Below are positions 59,329-64,000 of a stretch of DNA of 64,000 nt, piece after piece (within the stretch, counting starts at the first letter, position 1; each line of letters begins with the position of its first letter). Origin of the DNA: an uncultured Gammaproteobacteria bacterium. Its GTDB lineage: Bacteria > Patescibacteriota > Microgenomatia > UBA10105 > UBA927. A model generated the notes under the pieces. The model saw only the letters and a list, made by a program, of their open reading frames with translations. It had not been told where the DNA came from and did not search any database. A program made the position numbers and the translations under genes. The DNA is taken from contig CAYUKU010000006.1 in assembly GCA_964445435.1 (NCBI GenBank), positions 1,112 through 65,111 on the forward strand, given 5' to 3'.

Positions 59329-60821
59329 AGAGGCGTAATTTTATACATCCGCATCCACACATCCTCCCTGTTTCCTTTCTGGTAACTTGAAACCAATTCC
59401 ATTGGCCAGTCGGGAATCGTCTGCGTCTGATTGAAAACGATATATGTTGTATGATCTTTTGCGTCTTTGAGCATTTCTTGGGTAGGTGCGTCATAGGGCA
59501 CCGGCCACACTCCCTTCACTTTTACGTTCGGGTTGTCCACCTGGTACATTTCTATCGCGTACGGGAACAGTCCGAAGGTGCCCTCCGTATAGATACTCAC
59601 TTTTCCTTTTTGTGCTTCTTTTGTCACGATTTCGTTAATCTCTTTGACTCCCCAACCGCTCGGCCAATCGTCGATGAGTTGGCTCTTATCCGAAAACGGT
59701 ATCGGGGCATATTTCGGATTTGTCAGAATGAAATAATCAGTCCACAGGGAGGGGAAAACGATAAGGCCGAACAAAAAAATCGTCAGGGCGTTCTTTCTTC
59801 GTATGAGATCCGTCAGCGTTCGGGCCGCAAGGATAAGAAGAGGCATAACCATAAAGAGAATAAAACGAGGATAGAGAACTCTGCCAAACATCGAAAGCGC
59901 AAAAAACGGTGCAAACCACCAAACGAAAAGGAGCAGAGACTCCCGCCACTTCCCCCCGAAACGGAATAGTCCGATAATCGACGCGACAAACACGGGCCAC
60001 GTCAGATAATGAATTGCCCAGTCAAACAAACCTCTCAAGTTACCCGATACGAACTTGAACGGATGGACGACCCACTCGTGAAATGAATAGATAAATACCA
60101 TATCTTTCTGAGCGACCATGTGGAAAAGCGGTGAGAGCCGAAGCGTGGCATACATTGCCTGCGAGATAAACGCAGCCACGAGCACGAACCCGGTCCACCG
60201 AAAAAAATTCCTATTTCTCTTCGGGTTTTTCCAGTCAAAAAGAAGAAGCGTCGCAGGCAACATGTAGAGACTTAAGAAGCCCGAGGATTTATTGAGCATT
60301 CCTGCTCCCAGTACCATCCCCAAAATAAGGGCGATATCAAGCCGCAGGTTTCGTACAAGAAGAACGGAAAGGAATGCACTCCAGATGAAGAACGTAGCCA
60401 CAAGCGAATCATAGACGGCAAGACGATCATACATGAGCGTAAAGGGTACGATAAGATAAAGAACACATGTGAGAAAGCTTATTTTTTTCCTCTGGAACAG
60501 TTCGAAACTCAAAAACCACAAGCCAACCATGCTCACGGCTCCGGCTATAACGGAAACGAGTCGGCCGGCAACCAGAGGATCACGGATAAATTTCAAAAAG
60601 ACCATCATAACCCACGTAAACATGGGTTGTTTTCCGTCTACCAGAGAAATAAACCGCCACGCCGCATCCCGCGAGCCTATTTGCGACCAACGGATATAGA
60701 TAGCCTCATCTGTGAATATGGGTAAAATCGTCAAATGGAACAGCCTCGTGGCGAAAAAAGCCGCGGTCAATAAGAGCAAGGCAAACACGAACGTACGCAC
60801 GCTGGCAAGCTTACGAGCCAT
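59325..60821 (-). CDS. ArnT/PMT_2-like GT-C membrane glycosyltransferase (classic DEA.Y motif).
   Basis: I moved the start to MARKLASVRTFVFALLLL. ...ILPIFTDEAIYIRWSQ... (an ArnT-type DExxY motif), with about 12 TM helices and a C-terminal soluble domain. Confidence 0.6.
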   Translation of the reverse strand: MARKLASVRTFVFALLLLTAAFFATRLFHLTILPIFTDEAIYIRWSQIGSRDAAWRFISLVDGKQPMFTWVMMVFLKFIRDPLVAGRLVSVIAGAVSMVGLWFLSFELFQRKKISFLTCVLYLIVPFTLMYDRLAVYDSLVATFFIWSAFLSVLLVRNLRLDIALILGMVLGAGMLNKSSGFLSLYMLPATLLLFDWKNPKRNRNFFRWTGFVLVAAFISQAMYATLRLSPLFHMVAQKDMVFIYSFHEWVVHPFKFVSGNLRGLFDWAIHYLTWPVFVASIIGLFRFGGKWRESLLLFVWWFAPFFALSMFGRVLYPRFILFMVMPLLILAARTLTDLIRRKNALTIFLFGLIVFPSLWTDYFILTNPKYAPIPFSDKSQLIDDWPSGWGVKEINEIVTKEAQKGKVSIYTEGTFGLFPYAIEMYQVDNPNVKVKGVWPVPYDAPTQEMLKDAKDHTTYIVFNQTQTIPDWPMELVSSYQKGNREDVWMRMYKITPL

Positions 60822-60834
60822 AGGGAAATTATAC

Positions 60835-61935
60835 CTACTTTTTGGCCAGAAGAACAATTCCTGCCAGACCAAGAGGTACAATCATCCCCCAAAACTTGAT
60901 AAGGGGAACAGGGTCATTCCAATGACCGAAATAGAAATACGGCGCATAGATAAGAAGAAGCCCGAGTGAAGCAGCGCCAGTGACGAGGGTAATCCGCCGG
61001 TTTCGAGGTAAAAGTCCGACAAAAGGCACGATCCATACCAAATACCAGGGAAGAATCTCACGCTGAGTGATAACGGCAAGAAGACCCATGCACATGGCAA
61101 TGAGAAACCACAGTGGTCTGTACCCGAACAGCACAACCGGGAGCGCGAATAATGTCATTAATTTCGTACCTGTCGCCAGAGCCATCAGGGCAAACGATTG
61201 GAGCGTCTGGCCCGAAACAGAAGCCCAAATGGACCATACCGCAAACAGCATCATGACGATATCGTTATGTCCGCTCACCAGCGTCTCAAAAATGATAAGC
61301 GGGTTTAATGCCACAATAGCCATGCCCACGTTTATCTGTTTCGGGTCAGTTTTCGCCAAAATTTTTTGCGTCAGCCAAACAACCCCAAGATATGAAAAAA
61401 CCGCAATTCCCTTCATGCTCCATAATGTGGGAAGAAAATATCCCAACCCCAGCAAGTAAAACGGAAGACTGAGAATAATCCAAAACGGCGTGTACGCGCT
61501 TGGCAAATGAGTCCAACGCATAAAAGAAAGCCACGGCTCTACGCCGCGAAAGTCAAGCGGGACGACCGTATACGGATTCTTGTGGTACACGAGCACTGTT
61601 TTGGCCGTGAACATGTAGTTAAAAATGTCGTAAGAAAACGCCGGATAGGAAAAAAGGAGGAGGACTGATAGGATGATTGCGATGCGCCAAACGGTTTCTT
61701 GCGCAAGTCTACCTTTCCGTGCCTGAGAAATGGCAAACGCATACAAACTGAAATAAACGATAAGTAGTCCAACATACCATGCCGTGGCCCACGGTCGAGC
61801 ATAGAACCCTACATACTGAAACAGTTTCTCGATGGATTGGAGGATTCCGACCTGTGAAATCGTTAAACTAAGATCAACCTGAGTAAACGAAAAGAGAAAC
61901 AATAAAACCGCAGCTGCACTATAGGCGAAAATCAT
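60835..61935 (-). CDS. DUF2029/GT87-like polytopic membrane protein (putative GT-C), a paralog of 26702..27871.
   Basis: SYPAFSYDIFNYMFTAKTVLVYHKNPYTVVP...LNPLIIFETLVSGHNDIVMM. Confidence 0.45.
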   Translation of the reverse strand: MIFAYSAAAVLLFLFSFTQVDLSLTISQVGILQSIEKLFQYVGFYARPWATAWYVGLLIVYFSLYAFAISQARKGRLAQETVWRIAIILSVLLLFSYPAFSYDIFNYMFTAKTVLVYHKNPYTVVPLDFRGVEPWLSFMRWTHLPSAYTPFWIILSLPFYLLGLGYFLPTLWSMKGIAVFSYLGVVWLTQKILAKTDPKQINVGMAIVALNPLIIFETLVSGHNDIVMMLFAVWSIWASVSGQTLQSFALMALATGTKLMTLFALPVVLFGYRPLWFLIAMCMGLLAVITQREILPWYLVWIVPFVGLLPRNRRITLVTGAASLGLLLIYAPYFYFGHWNDPVPLIKFWGMIVPLGLAGIVLLAKK

Positions 61936-62696
61936 GAATAATATCCTTTAAACGCGTTGACCCGGATCCTTACGATATCCAAGAATCCCTGCCACGAATC
62001 TTTTATGGGATTCACCCTTCTTGTTTCCACATAGTGCCATTCGACCGGCACCTCTTTTATCTTATATCCGCGATTCTTCGCCAGAAATATCACTTCTATG
62101 TCAAATCCTGCCGTTACCATGGATCCGCTTACTTCCTTTTTCGTGCCGTAGAGCTTAAGACTTTTGAAAATATTCTCGGCTGCGTTTTTACGAAATGCCT
62201 TAAATCCGCACTGGGTGTCTACGATACCCTTCAGTCCCAAGAGCGTACTTCGCAAAAACATAAATCCCCGCGCCATCATGATGCGAAAGACCGGCGCGCC
62301 TTCCCGGACGCCGTTTCTTGACCCGATGACCACGTCATATCCCTTGGAGAACCACGGCAGAAGCTTCTCTACCTCCCGGATCGGCGTTGCTTGATCCAGA
62401 TCGGTAAACAACACAATGTCTCCCCGTGAAGCCGCGACTCCCGTGGCGACGGTTCCCGCTTTCCCCAAATGGATATTGTGAATCACTCGAAATCCCCGAT
62501 TGTTTTTCACGAATTCGTCCAGGAGTATTTTTGTCTTGTCTGATGATCCGTCGTTTACGATAATCGCTTCCCAGGTATATGACTGTCGCTCCAAGTAGAG
62601 CGAAACCTTGTCGAGGGCTCCAAGCCGAATATTCGTCTCTTCGTTATACGCGGGGATGATAACCGACAAAAAAGGCATACGTATCTTACTCTTCAT
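61932..62696 (-). CDS. GT2 polyprenyl-phosphate glycosyltransferase (Dpm1-like, soluble).
   Basis: MPFLSVIIPAYNEETNI...EAIIVNDGSSDKT...GKAGTV..G...DIVLFTDLDQATP...GSRN...QCGFKAF. Confidence 0.75.
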   Translation of the reverse strand: MKSKIRMPFLSVIIPAYNEETNIRLGALDKVSLYLERQSYTWEAIIVNDGSSDKTKILLDEFVKNNRGFRVIHNIHLGKAGTVATGVAASRGDIVLFTDLDQATPIREVEKLLPWFSKGYDVVIGSRNGVREGAPVFRIMMARGFMFLRSTLLGLKGIVDTQCGFKAFRKNAAENIFKSLKLYGTKKEVSGSMVTAGFDIEVIFLAKNRGYKIKEVPVEWHYVETRRVNPIKDSWQGFLDIVRIRVNAFKGYYS

Positions 62697-64000
62697 ACGG
62701 GACGAGTTTATAGATTTTCACGAAGGGCGCGTCCCACGTTCCTGCGATTTGCGCCCTGCCGAATCCAGCCACCTCCCACAGTGGATGGCCAAGCGGCTGA
62801 CAATTTATTGTCTCACAAATTACGATAAGTTGCTTCGTAACGCTTTTGCGGGCGGGATCAATATCGGTATTTTCAATGACAACCGGCGCATTTCCCCATA
62901 TCTCAAAAAAGTACCGATACGCGTGATCGGAATTTCCGTCTGTGAGAAGTGCGAAGTTAAATGGCTCTCCGTTCGTCTGCTCAAACGCCGTACGGGCGAT
63001 TGTCTTTACCTGTTCCAACTGGTTATTTGGAGGGTAGACGAAAGGACGACCCTGCCAATTAAAGATAATAAGCCCGGCCCATAGCAGAATCACGGGCAGG
63101 CGTGCGTTTTTGTTACTCCACACCCATTGGGCCATCATCCCGAGAAACAGGAAGGGGAATGCAAACAGAATGGTGAAATAGTAATCGTAGATGGCTCGCT
63201 GGTAAAACCCAAAAAGCCCAATGACGATGCCCACCCACACACAAAGAAGCAGTATTTCTTTTTTTCGCGTCCGGGCAATGATCACAAATCCGAGAAAGAA
63301 CGCCAATACCCATCGGGCAGTCTGCGACAAGACCGTCAAGGCTGTGATGTACCAGTCAGGATAACTATTCCACAATTCTTTGGGCGGCATCCGGAAAACC
63401 ACTCTGCTAAAAATCCGAAACGACACGTCAGCGATCGTTTTCCCGTAAGAAGACGGTGTAAATCCCGTTTCTTTACCCGCGGAAAGAAACTGTACGATGG
63501 TACGTGTATTTGCAAACTGGTGTCGCAACTCAAACGCGATAAACGGACTTGCCCCGATAAGAAATCCTACTGCAGTCAAAAGCATCGTCTTTACAAACGG
63601 AAGTGTATGTCGGTGAAGGAGATACCATACAAACACAACCACGAATAAAAAGAGGAAAAGATAGTGAAGCTGTATACCGATTCCCAACACGATACCGATA
63701 AGAAGCTCGTTGGCGCGAATTCTCCTTGTGACCAACCGCCACAGAAGGTAGATAAGCATTATCGCGAAAAACGGCACGACGTTCGGATTCCACGATGACC
63801 GGGAATACGCGATAACGAGCGGGGAAAAGGCATACAGACTCGCTGCCACAAGACCCGCTACCGTACCAAATAAGGATCGTCCGGTTACGTACACCATAAA
63901 CACGGTAGCAATACCGAACAAGCCGACCATGACCGCAGGTCCCACGGGATCGAGTTTCCACGCCCACAGAAACGGCAGCATGAAATAATAGTAAATAGGC
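62686..64000 (-). CDS. ArnT/PMT_2-like GT-C membrane glycosyltransferase, partial. The N-terminus lies beyond the window end.
   Basis: The frame stays open upstream of the track's M at 63981 (...PIYYYFMLPFLW). ...SLFGTVAGLVAASLYAFSPLVIAYSRSSWNPNVVPFFAIMLIYLLWRL... matches the PMT_2 core. The acidic loop-1 motif is presumably in the missing N-terminus. Confidence 0.5.
   Translation of the reverse strand, partial: PIYYYFMLPFLWAWKLDPVGPAVMVGLFGIATVFMVYVTGRSLFGTVAGLVAASLYAFSPLVIAYSRSSWNPNVVPFFAIMLIYLLWRLVTRRIRANELLIGIVLGIGIQLHYLFLFLFVVVFVWYLLHRHTLPFVKTMLLTAVGFLIGASPFIAFELRHQFANTRTIVQFLSAGKETGFTPSSYGKTIADVSFRIFSRVVFRMPPKELWNSYPDWYITALTVLSQTARWVLAFFLGFVIIARTRKKEILLLCVWVGIVIGLFGFYQRAIYDYYFTILFAFPFLFLGMMAQWVWSNKNARLPVILLWAGLIIFNWQGRPFVYPPNNQLEQVKTIARTAFEQTNGEPFNFALLTDGNSDHAYRYFFEIWGNAPVVIENTDIDPARKSVTKQLIVICETINCQPLGHPLWEVAGFGRAQIAGTWDAPFVKIYKLVPYEE

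Noticed and set aside
1-64000. Alternative genetic code (UGA recoding), as in some CPR lineages.
   Set aside because: Long ORFs terminate cleanly at TGA as well as TAA/TAG, and ATGA overlaps use TGA as a stop. The code is therefore standard code 11.
1-64000. Mobile elements, CRISPR arrays, tRNA/rRNA genes and prophage Gtr cassettes.
   Set aside because: There are no transposase, integrase or recombinase-like ORFs, and no repeat-spacer arrays. The only non-coding gaps are three promoter regions of no more than 61 bp, too short for RNA genes.

Overview
The window is about 98% coding on both strands and is essentially one continuous glycosylation super-cluster. I found no rRNA, tRNA, CRISPR array or mobile-element gene. 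I count about 51 genes, and the two at the window edges are truncated, so the locus extends beyond the window.

The most striking content is roughly 24 polytopic membrane proteins that look like GT-C-fold glycosyltransferases, falling into five or six paralogous families:
- ArnT/PMT_2-like (8-9 copies), with the motif DE..GYNAYS..KTG.DE.G or DEA.Y.
- YfhO-like (3 copies), with the motifs LWNPY.FSG.P and YFPGW..VDG.
- '6-pyruvoyl-tetrahydropterin-synthase-related' membrane proteins (5 copies).
- DUF2029/GT87-like (4 copies).
- A two-member family with the motif FFQQDEW.
- One 994-aa giant that carries a YfhO-type C-terminal domain.

Around them sit the cytoplasmic and export components:
- 13 GT2 enzymes, four of which look like Dpm1/GtrB-type polyprenyl-phosphate-sugar synthases.
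- 4 GT4 enzymes.
- 2 Wzx-type flippases.
- Nucleotide-sugar tailoring enzymes: a GDP-mannose-3,5-epimerase-like SDR, an RfbH/DdhC-like 3-dehydrase with His in place of the PLP lysine, two more SDRs, and a DegT aminotransferase with a GNAT acetyltransferase.
- One signal-peptide protein and one small membrane protein.

Genes are packed with ATGA and TAATG start/stop overlaps, and stop codons are even shared between convergent genes. Several GT-C paralogs lie in tandem. No initiating phosphoglycosyltransferase, Wzy, Wzz or O-antigen ligase is present. The implied logic is therefore 'lipid-P-monosaccharide donor, flip, GT-C transfer on the outer face', repeated many times, rather than a classical O-antigen locus.

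The likely source is an uncultivated bacterium (Patescibacteria/CPR-like or Chloroflexota-like) with the standard code. Every family assignment rests on motifs I recognise by eye in the translations; none is a database hit.
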